The position numbers were made by a program, and so were the translations under genes. The notes under the pieces are model-generated. The model did no database searches and was not told where the DNA came from. It saw nothing but the letters and a program-made list of their open reading frames with translations. DNA of 64,000 nt. It comes from Phycisphaerae bacterium. GTDB lineage: Bacteria > Planctomycetota > Phycisphaerae > UBA1845. Position 1 is the stretch's first letter. Each line of letters starts with the position of its first letter. Positions 56,672-64,000 of the stretch are shown here, piece after piece. The stretch covers positions 45,457-109,456 of the forward strand of contig JAJDEB010000023.1 in assembly GCA_029260015.1 (NCBI GenBank), written 5' to 3'.

Positions 56672-58432
56672 CTAGGCGGCTTCCTCGTCTTCCATGTCCG
56701 ACTGCGTGATCGTATCGGACTCTGCGACGCGCAACACCTCTTCGGGTGTTGTGATCCCCTTGAGGATTTTTTGTTTTCCATCATCGCGGAGCGAGCGCAT
56801 TCCCGTTGCCAGCGCAGCTTTTCGCAACTGACCAGACGGCGCGCGATTGAACGCCAACTCACGAATCTCGTTGTTGAGTTGCAAGAGTTCGAAGATCCCC
56901 AGGCGACCGTGATAACCGGTACCACCGCAACGGCTACAACCGGCGCCCTTGGAAATGGTCGCCCCGGTCAGTTCTTCATCGGTAAACCCGAGCAGCTTGA
57001 GTTTGAACTTGTCGGGCTTGGTGTCTTCCGTTCTGCACTCTTTGCAAATGGTCCGGATCAAGCGCTGCGCGAGAATGGCTTGAATCGAACTTGCGACCAA
57101 AAATGGCTTGATGCCCATGTCGATCAGTCGCGTGATCGCCGACGGGGCATCGTTGGTATGCAGCGTACTGAACACCAAGTGGCCGGTGAGCGCCGCCTGA
57201 ATCGCGACATCGCCCACCTCGCGGTCTCGAATCTCACCGACGAGAATAATATTCGGTGCCTGACGAAGCATCGCACGAAGGATAATTCCAAACGTCATGC
57301 CGATGTCTTCGCGCACCTGGCATTGGTTCATCCCCGCGAAGTTGTATTCGACCGGATCCTCTGCGGTGATAATCTTCTTGTCCGGTCGGTTGAGTTCCTG
57401 AAGGGCAGAATACAACGTGGTGGTCTTTCCAGAACCGGTCGGACCGGTCACCAGGAAAATACCGTTGGGCCTGCGAATAATGCGTAGAAACGCTTCGTAG
57501 TCCTCCTCGCCAAACCCGAGCGCCGAAACACCCACGCTCGCTGATTCAGGACGCAAAATACGAAGCACCGTGCTTTCACCGTGATACGTCGGGCAGCAAC
57601 TCACGCGGAAGTCGATGCGCTTGCCCGCGAACTTCATCTTGATTCGGCCGTCCTGCGGAATGCGCTTCTCGGCGATGTCCATGCCCGAAATGATCTTCAT
57701 GCGGGTCATCACCGCGCTTTGGATATTCTTGGGAACGTCGTCGCGAATGTGGCAGACACCGTCGATGCGATAGCGCACGCGAACACGGTCAGACATTGGT
57801 TCAATGTGAATATCGCTCGCCCGCGCCCGGACTGCTTCGCCGATAATGTGGTTTAGCAGACGAATGATCGGTGCGTCGCCGTCTTCCTCACCGTCTTTTT
57901 TCTTTTTGGATTTCGACCCTTCGGCTTCCGCCAGGTCGATACTGGCTTGGTTGATGCTCGCGTCGATACTGGCCATCGACTGCGACAAGTCATCCGTCAT
58001 CTTACTCAGCATTTCGTCGATGAACTTACGAACCCGAGCTTCAGGGGCAAGGTGCGGAATCAAGTCTTTACCAAGATGAAACTTCAGCAAATCAAATGTA
58101 TCGAGATCGAGCGGATCGGTGATGATAACTTTGAGTTTGTCACCCTCCATCCCAATGGGTAAGACCAAGTGCTTGCGAACGATCTTTGGCGGAATGAGTT
58201 GGAATGATTCTTTGGGAATGACAAACTTATCAAGGTCGATGAACTCAAGTCCCAGTTGCGAAGCCAGCGCCTTGACGACTGGTTCTTCTTCGCACAGTTC
58301 GAGTTCAATGAGCGCTTCGCCGATGCGCTTACCGTTCTGCATGCCATACTCGAGCGCCTGGGCGATGGCGTCTTCATCGACGATGCCCCACCCGAGAAGG
58401 ATTTCACCGAGTTTCTTTTTCTTGCGTGCCAT
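56672..58432 (-). CDS. gspE: Type II secretion / type IV pilus assembly ATPase (GspE/PilB family), copy 1
   Basis: N-terminal MshEN/T2SSE_N-like domain (LGEILLGWGIVDEDAIAQAL..), Walker A GPTGSGKTTTLYSAL, and the tetracysteine motif CKECR...CSRCGGTGYHGRLGIFE. Confidence 0.92.
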   Translation of the reverse strand: MARKKKKLGEILLGWGIVDEDAIAQALEYGMQNGKRIGEALIELELCEEEPVVKALASQLGLEFIDLDKFVIPKESFQLIPPKIVRKHLVLPIGMEGDKLKVIITDPLDLDTFDLLKFHLGKDLIPHLAPEARVRKFIDEMLSKMTDDLSQSMASIDASINQASIDLAEAEGSKSKKKKDGEEDGDAPIIRLLNHIIGEAVRARASDIHIEPMSDRVRVRYRIDGVCHIRDDVPKNIQSAVMTRMKIISGMDIAEKRIPQDGRIKMKFAGKRIDFRVSCCPTYHGESTVLRILRPESASVGVSALGFGEEDYEAFLRIIRRPNGIFLVTGPTGSGKTTTLYSALQELNRPDKKIITAEDPVEYNFAGMNQCQVREDIGMTFGIILRAMLRQAPNIILVGEIRDREVGDVAIQAALTGHLVFSTLHTNDAPSAITRLIDMGIKPFLVASSIQAILAQRLIRTICKECRTEDTKPDKFKLKLLGFTDEELTGATISKGAGCSRCGGTGYHGRLGIFELLQLNNEIRELAFNRAPSGQLRKAALATGMRSLRDDGKQKILKGITTPEEVLRVAESDTITQSDMEDEEAA

Positions 58433-58609
58433 TCAATCGCTTCATTCTTAGTGGTTAATGTGGAAACAGTTTCATGCCGCGCGCTTGGCAACGATCTCTA
58501 AAATCACAAGCCGTTGGTTGAACAGGCATCCGCAGTCTAATCTGCCCGCATGACAGCGCCAAGGTGCGCCGCATACATGTCGCACACACCGACGATCGTG
58601 GAATCCACG

Positions 58610-58637
58610 TTGACACTGAATACCCGGCATCTATAGT
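58610..58637 (+). promoter_or_regulatory. Sigma-70-like promoter upstream of ppdK
   Basis: TTGACA (58610-58615), a 16-nt spacer, then TATAGT (58632-58637). It is followed by GGAGAA 7 nt upstream of the ATG at 58682. Confidence 0.5.
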
Positions 58638-58681
58638 GGCGCGCGATTGCAAGTGAGGCTGTTATTTTGGAGAACACGGCC

Positions 58682-61663
58682 ATGGCCAAGAAGACAAAGT
58701 GGGTATATTTCTTCGGTGCGAACAAGACCGAAGGTGACGGATCGCAAAAACAACTCCTGGGCGGAAAGGGTGCTGGACTCGCGGAAATGACGCGCATCGG
58801 CCTGCCCGTTCCGGCTGGTTATACAATTACAACCGAAGCCTGCGCTGAATTCACCAAGCGCGGCAACCGTTGGCCCGTCGGTCTGGAACAACAAGTCAAA
58901 GACAACCTCCGCAAGCTTGAGCGCGCTTGCAAAAAGAAACTCGGTGACAAGAAGAATCCACTGCTCGTTTCAGTTCGATCCGGAGCGGCAGCCTCCATGC
59001 CCGGCATGATGGAGACGATCCTTAACCTTGGACTCAACGATGAGTCGGTCGAAGGGCTGGCCAAGGCGTCGTCCAACCGGCGTTTCGCCCTCGATGCATA
59101 TCGCCGCTTCATTATGATGTTTGGCAGCACAGCCAAGGGAATCAACCGAGAAATTTTTGACGAAGCGTTCGACGGCGTCAAAGACAACCAAACCCGCCGG
59201 CGCATCGGCAAGCCCGACCACGATCTCGTTCTCGATACCGAGATGAATGAATCTGAACTTGAAAAGGTCATCGCCGAATTCAAGACAATCTACAAGAACG
59301 CAGCCGGCGAATCTTTCCCGCAGAATCCGTTCGAACAACTCAAGGGTGCGATCAACGCGGTCTTCGACAGTTGGATGGCCGAGAAAGCCATCAAGTATCG
59401 CAGTGTTGAACGCATCACCGGTCTAAAGGGAACGGCGGTCAACATCTGCCAGATGGTCTTCGGGAACATGGGCGACGACTGCGGAACGGGCGTCTGCTTT
59501 ACCCGCGACCCCAGCACCGGTGAGAACACGTTCTATGGCGACCTCTTGATCAACGCTCAAGGCGAAGACGTGGTGGCTGGCGTGCGGACTCCGGTTCGGC
59601 TCAGCGAACTGCGCAACGTGATGCCCGAATCCTACGAGCAACTCGAAGCCGTTCGTGTCATGCTCGAACTTCATTACAAGGAAATGCAGGACATTGAGTT
59701 CACCATCGAGCGCAACAAACTCTACATGCTGCAGTGTCGCACCGGAAAGCGTAGCCCGGGTGCGGCATTTAGAATCGCAGTGGAGCAAGCCACGAAACCA
59801 ACGCTTGATCGCCGCGACGTCAATCGCCTCGTCCGCAAGAAATACCTGTCCAAGCGGTACGCAAAGCTTGCGGCCAAACCGGTCATTACCAAAGACGAAG
59901 CCATCGCTCGGATCACCGATGCAGACATCGAACGCCTGTTCTACCCGGTGATCGATCCGGATATCAGTAGCGCCGAATTGACTGCCAATGAAATGGGAAC
60001 GGGCATCAACGCTGTTCCCGGTGCGGCATGTGGACGCATCTGTTTTACGGCAGCAGAAGCCGAGGAATACGCAGCCGGTGGCAGCAAGGTGATTCTTGTT
60101 CGCAAGGAAACCTCGCCCGAAGACGTTGGCGGTATGCACGCCTCGCAGGGCATCTTGACCGCAACCGGTGGCAAGACTTCGCACGCGGCGGTCGTCGCCC
60201 GCGGTTGGGGCAAGTGCTGCATCGTCGGCTGCGACAAACTGCAAATCGATTATGCGGCTAAGAAAATGTCAATGAATGGCACTACATTGTCTGCGGGCGA
60301 TTTCATCACGCTCGATGGCTCGACGGGCACGATCTATCGCGACCAGTTCAAACTCGTGCCACCGTCAGCGCCGAAGGAATACGACGAACTGATGAAGTGG
60401 TGCGACCAACGTCGCACGCTCGGCGTCCGCACCAATGCCGACACGCCTGAAGATTCGCACAAGGCCATTTCTCTGGGCGCAGAGGGTATCGGACTTTGTC
60501 GCACCGAGCACATGTTCTTTGAAACCGAAGAGCGCCGACTTGCCATTCAAGAAATGATCGTCGCTGACGATGAAGAGTCACGCCGGACCGCGCTGGATAA
60601 GCTGCTCCCGTTTCAACGCGGCGACTTCGAAGGCATCTTCAAAGAGATGAACGGTTTGCCGGTCACGATTCGGCTGGTCGATCCACCGCTGCACGAATTC
60701 CTACCCAGCACCGAAGCCGACATCGACAAGCTTGCGTCGCACACCGGCGTTTCAAAAGACTTCATCGAGAAACGCACCGAGCAACTGCACGAATCGAACC
60801 CGATGCTCGGACATCGCGGGTGTCGATTGGCGATCACCTATCCTGAGATTCTCGAAATGCAGGTGCGTGCGATCATCGAAGCCGCCATCAACTGCAAACG
60901 TCGCGGGATTAAAGTTTTCCCCGAAATCATGATTCCGCTCACCATCGATCCGGTCGAGCTGCGTATTTTGACCGATCGCACCAAAGCAACCGCCGACGCA
61001 ATTCTGGCGGCTGAGGGTGTTTCGCTCAACTATCTGGTGGGCACGATGGTCGAAACGCCAAGAGCAGCGCTGCTAGCCGACCGCATCGCCGAGGTGGCTG
61101 ACTTTATCAGTTTCGGTACGAACGACCTGACGCAAACGACGATGGGGCTAAGCCGCGACGATGCCGGGCGATTCCTGCCCGATTACATCGACGTCGAAAA
61201 GACGGGCATTTTCAAGGACGACCCGTTCCAATCGCTCGACCAGGACGGCGTCGGCATGCTGGTGAAGTGGGGCATCGAGAAAGGCCGCAGCACCAAACCG
61301 AAACTCAAGATCGGTATCTGCGGCGAACACGGTGGCGACCCAGAATCAGTCTACTTCTGCCATCGCGCCGGAATGGACTACGTATCGTGTAGCCCCTACC
61401 GAGTACCGGTAGCAAGATTGGCGGCTGCCCAGGTAGTGATCGAAGAAGAATCGGCAGGAAAGAAACCACGCAAGAAAGCGGCGGCAAAGACAACCAAGGC
61501 AAGCAGCAAGAAGAAAACCAAAAAGGCTGCAACCAAGAAGAAGGCCGCCAAAAAGAAAGTAGCAAAGAAAAAGGCGACCAAGAAAAAAGCCGCTAAGAAG
61601 AAGTCACCAAAGAAGTCACCAAAGAAAAAAGCGGCTAAGCGAAAGAAAGCCAAACGCCGCTAG
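58682..61663 (+). CDS. ppdK: Pyruvate, phosphate dikinase with a ~73-aa Lys/Ala-rich C-terminal extension
   Basis: MAKKTKWVYFFG..LLGGKGAGLAEM at the N-terminus, phospho-His motif GGKTSHAAVVARG, C-terminal TIM-barrel motifs GLCRTEHMF and CGEHGGDP, and YVSCSPYRVPVARLAAAQ, where canonical PPDKs end. I prefer the ATG at 58682 (SD GGAGAA) to the TTG at 58667. Confidence 0.93.
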   Translation: MAKKTKWVYFFGANKTEGDGSQKQLLGGKGAGLAEMTRIGLPVPAGYTITTEACAEFTKRGNRWPVGLEQQVKDNLRKLERACKKKLGDKKNPLLVSVRSGAAASMPGMMETILNLGLNDESVEGLAKASSNRRFALDAYRRFIMMFGSTAKGINREIFDEAFDGVKDNQTRRRIGKPDHDLVLDTEMNESELEKVIAEFKTIYKNAAGESFPQNPFEQLKGAINAVFDSWMAEKAIKYRSVERITGLKGTAVNICQMVFGNMGDDCGTGVCFTRDPSTGENTFYGDLLINAQGEDVVAGVRTPVRLSELRNVMPESYEQLEAVRVMLELHYKEMQDIEFTIERNKLYMLQCRTGKRSPGAAFRIAVEQATKPTLDRRDVNRLVRKKYLSKRYAKLAAKPVITKDEAIARITDADIERLFYPVIDPDISSAELTANEMGTGINAVPGAACGRICFTAAEAEEYAAGGSKVILVRKETSPEDVGGMHASQGILTATGGKTSHAAVVARGWGKCCIVGCDKLQIDYAAKKMSMNGTTLSAGDFITLDGSTGTIYRDQFKLVPPSAPKEYDELMKWCDQRRTLGVRTNADTPEDSHKAISLGAEGIGLCRTEHMFFETEERRLAIQEMIVADDEESRRTALDKLLPFQRGDFEGIFKEMNGLPVTIRLVDPPLHEFLPSTEADIDKLASHTGVSKDFIEKRTEQLHESNPMLGHRGCRLAITYPEILEMQVRAIIEAAINCKRRGIKVFPEIMIPLTIDPVELRILTDRTKATADAILAAEGVSLNYLVGTMVETPRAALLADRIAEVADFISFGTNDLTQTTMGLSRDDAGRFLPDYIDVEKTGIFKDDPFQSLDQDGVGMLVKWGIEKGRSTKPKLKIGICGEHGGDPESVYFCHRAGMDYVSCSPYRVPVARLAAAQVVIEEESAGKKPRKKAAAKTTKASSKKKTKKAATKKKAAKKKVAKKKATKKKAAKKKSPKKSPKKKAAKRKKAKRR

Positions 61664-61722
61664 CGTATTGAACTCCGGCGCGTCACGGTGCTAGATTGGA
61701 TATAAACGTCAGATTGGGTATG

Positions 61723-61757
61723 AATCCCGCAGATGCATTTCTGCGGGATTTTTTTCT
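61723..61757 (+). terminator. Rho-independent terminator of ppdK
   Basis: AATCCCGCAGA-TGCATT-TCTGCGGGATT is a perfect 11-bp stem. It is immediately followed by TTTTTTC. Confidence 0.8.
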
Positions 61758-61833
61758 TTGGCACGACAGAAGCAACGTCAGCCGTCTCCGCACCTACGAG
61801 CCTGACAACCATCCGCGATCAAATCGACTCACT

Positions 61834-62862
61834 TTACTCGCTACACTTTGGAGTTGTGTCCTTTTGCTCTTGAATGCATTTTAAGATCATCGCCTTGGCC
61901 TCCTCTAGCGGGGCTTCGATGCGAGCACCGGCGGCTCGGGCATGCCCTCCACCACCGAAAGTGGCGGCTAATTTTGCTACGTCTATGCCGCCTTTACTAC
62001 GAAAGCTGCACTTAATAACACTCTTGCCCCAGTCTACCAACAAAGCTGACACTCCTACCGAAGCTACCGAGAGCGGGGAATTAACGACGTAGCCCGTATC
62101 GTCCGGAGTCACTTTGGCATCCTTGGTCATCTGCTCGGTCACGCATAGTAGTGCGATACTATCATTGTCATGTAGCTCCAGGCCCGAAAGGGCCATCGCA
62201 GAGAATCTTAGTAGTGACGCCGGGTCCTGGTTGTAGATTCGCTGGTTGGTCTCATCGAGATTCACACCCAGCTCGATCAGGTCAGCCGCCGCTCGCAACG
62301 CTTCGGGACTCGTATTACTGAATCGAAACCAGCCTGTATCGGTGGCCATACCTTCAAAGATAGACAAGGCAGCTTGCCCAGAAATATCCCAACCTGCACT
62401 CTTGGCCCATCGGTACAACATCAGCGTGGCCGAGGAAGCTGTGGTATCAATCAGATGAAGGTCGGCTGGCAGGTCGCGGGTACTGTGATGATCGAGGACG
62501 ATGCGTGGAACACTCTCAGCTTTTAGCCAATCGGCGACGGGAAACAGTTGCGCGATGGCGCAGGTATCCATCACAACGACTCCATCGACTTTGGAGAAAA
62601 CCGGATCTTCCTTACCCTTGATCACATATACCTCATCCACACCGGTGAGGCTGCGTTGATGCTGCGATGGGTCTTCGTACACAGCCGCAATGCTATCGCG
62701 ACCGGCTGACTTTAGCATCGTCTTGAGTCCGACAATGCAGCCCAGTGCATCACCATCGGGATTGGCGTGCGTAATGAGCAGCGGGCAGTTCCATGACATG
62801 AGTAGTTTCGTCGCGGCTGAGTAGTCTTCTGCGCGATCGATTTTGTTGTCGGCATTTTTCAT
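61834..62862 (-). CDS. nrnA: DHH/DHHA1-family phosphoesterase (NrnA-like oligoribonuclease / pAp phosphatase)
   Basis: Motifs HANPDGDALG, VVMDT, LDHHS and DTGWFRF, plus the DHHA1 motif GGGHARAAG. Confidence 0.85.
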   Translation of the reverse strand: MKNADNKIDRAEDYSAATKLLMSWNCPLLITHANPDGDALGCIVGLKTMLKSAGRDSIAAVYEDPSQHQRSLTGVDEVYVIKGKEDPVFSKVDGVVVMDTCAIAQLFPVADWLKAESVPRIVLDHHSTRDLPADLHLIDTTASSATLMLYRWAKSAGWDISGQAALSIFEGMATDTGWFRFSNTSPEALRAAADLIELGVNLDETNQRIYNQDPASLLRFSAMALSGLELHDNDSIALLCVTEQMTKDAKVTPDDTGYVVNSPLSVASVGVSALLVDWGKSVIKCSFRSKGGIDVAKLAATFGGGGHARAAGARIEAPLEEAKAMILKCIQEQKDTTPKCSE

Positions 62863-62925
62863 CGGTAATTAAGCGTCCCTTTCGCGCATGGATTCGAGTG
62901 ACACGTTGCGACCGCTTATGCGCGA

Positions 62926-63861
62926 TCAATACTGGAGGCTACGAACATGATTGACATCGTCGGTAATTTGCGCGACCAGCGCATCGATCGAGTCAAACTT
63001 GGTCTGCCCGCGCACATGTTCAACAAATTCAACTTCGAGCGACTGGCCATACAAGTCGCCCTTGAAATCGAGCACATGGGCTTCGACCTGCCGAAGTTGG
63101 CCGTCAAACGTCGGCGTACTGCCGATACTGATCGCGCACTTCTTTGGTGTGCCGTCGATCACAACCCGCCCGGCATAGACGCCGTCGGCTGGAACGATCA
63201 GGTCGGTCACTTGGAGGTTGGCGGTCGGAAACCCGATCTGCCGCCCACGTTTGGAGCCTTCGACTACGGTTCCTTCCAGCGAAAAAGGTCGACCCAAACC
63301 GTCGGCGGCTCCGCGCATGTTACCTTCGCAGATCAGACCGCGAATCAACGAACTCGACGTTCGAACTTCGCTGCCATCTTCGAGCGTTTGATTGAACGGT
63401 TCGACCAGTTCAACGTCATAGTCCCATTGCCCGGCAAAAGTCTTGAGCGTTTCGCTGCTGCCCTTTCGCCCTTTGCCGAATCCAAAATTGAAACCCTCGA
63501 CGATGGCAATCGGTCGAAACCGGGCGACAATGATCGATTCGATGAACGCTTCGGCTTCGATCTGTAGCAGCGATGGCGTGCTTTCGGCGATGACGACTTG
63601 ATCGACGCCGCACCGTTCGAGTTGCTTCAACTTGCCAGCCGTACTCGAGATTCGCTTGGGTGGGTCGCTCGGGCGGAGGATGGCCAGCGGATGCGGTTCA
63701 AACGTCATGACCGCCAGCGGAACGTTGTACTTGTCCGCACGCTGCCGCCCATTGGCGAGGATTCGCTGGTGCCCGCAATGAACGCCATCGAAGTTTCCGA
63801 TGGTCAAAACGCACCGGGATTCGCTCAGGTCTGCGTTGTCCAATCCTCTGACGACATGCAA
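62926..63861 (-). CDS. ribF: Bifunctional riboflavin kinase / FMN adenylyltransferase
   Basis: The N-terminal FAD synthetase motif LTIGNFDGVHCGHQ. The C-terminal riboflavin kinase part has GRQIGFPTANL...GVYAGRV...PTF...EAHVLDF..DLYG. TTG start. Confidence 0.92.
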   Translation of the reverse strand: MHVVRGLDNADLSESRCVLTIGNFDGVHCGHQRILANGRQRADKYNVPLAVMTFEPHPLAILRPSDPPKRISSTAGKLKQLERCGVDQVVIAESTPSLLQIEAEAFIESIIVARFRPIAIVEGFNFGFGKGRKGSSETLKTFAGQWDYDVELVEPFNQTLEDGSEVRTSSSLIRGLICEGNMRGAADGLGRPFSLEGTVVEGSKRGRQIGFPTANLQVTDLIVPADGVYAGRVVIDGTPKKCAISIGSTPTFDGQLRQVEAHVLDFKGDLYGQSLEVEFVEHVRGQTKFDSIDALVAQITDDVNHVRSLQY

Positions 63862-63866
63862 GGGCT

Positions 63867-64000
63867 TTAATCCAAGGGGGCTTTTGGTGTCCAGAAAGCT
63901 TCGGAATTGGCAGGATAGGCATCCAACTTGGACTTGGCAACGTAGCCGCCTCGATTGAATTCTTGTTCCGGCATCGAACAGACTGGAATCCCCCGCCCAT
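63867..64000 (-). CDS. 3' end of an upstream gene running off the window (possibly truB by synteny only)
   Basis: Third minus-strand frame reads ...MPEQEFNRGGYVAKSKLDAYPANSEAFWTPKAPLD*, with the stop at ~63867, 5 nt before the ribF start. Only 44 codons are visible. The truB guess rests solely on the common truB-ribF gene order. Confidence 0.3.
   Translation of the reverse strand, partial: GRGIPVCSMPEQEFNRGGYVAKSKLDAYPANSEAFWTPKAPLD

Noticed and set aside
61396-61653. 85-aa minus-strand ORF rich in Phe/Ala/Leu (looks like a membrane peptide)
   Set aside because: It is simply the reverse complement of the AAG/AAA/GCC-rich Lys/Ala tail of ppdK, so its hydrophobicity is a compositional mirror image.

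Overview
This chromosomal window holds about 40 protein-coding genes and one tRNA. I recognise no rRNA, CRISPR array, transposase or integrase. The gene content suggests a Planctomycetota (Pirellulales-like) genome, but that taxonomic call is inference only. It rests on an ECF sigma plus membrane Ser/Thr-kinase-TPR pair, many secreted proteins with FGE/SUMF1-type and dockerin-like modules, a PEP-CTERM protein, and pilus/T2SS-like genes with very large pseudopilins. Housekeeping and metabolic genes are gdh, a quinol-type NO reductase (norB) behind a MerR-family regulator, arfB, tRNA-Pro(TGG), a ClC channel, tsaB, ispG, ppdK, an nrnA-like DHH phosphoesterase and ribF. Two accessory blocks dominate. 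(1) At 8.6-18.9 kb, a translationally coupled minus-strand operon encodes four large secreted multidomain proteins that all end in the same ~60-aa Cys-containing dockerin/EF-hand-like module, next to a PEP-CTERM protein. (2) At 38.7-58.4 kb lies a type II secretion / type IV filament-like locus: two GspE/PilB ATPases, GspF, five 292-522 aa prepilin-like proteins that all lack Gly at -1, and a 1204-aa GspK-like protein. It ends in a 1175-aa protein made of 18 tandem six-Cys 'GACC' modules plus two copies of the same dockerin-like module. The combination of these two blocks is my best candidate for an undescribed system, but its function is entirely inferred. One real gene (1-1998, minus strand) is missing from the ORF track because it runs off the window. 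I trimmed several ORF-track starts, because the track uses the first ATG/GTG/TTG after a stop and some ORFs include antisense read-through. Hand-derived coordinates of small features may be off by 1-2 nt.
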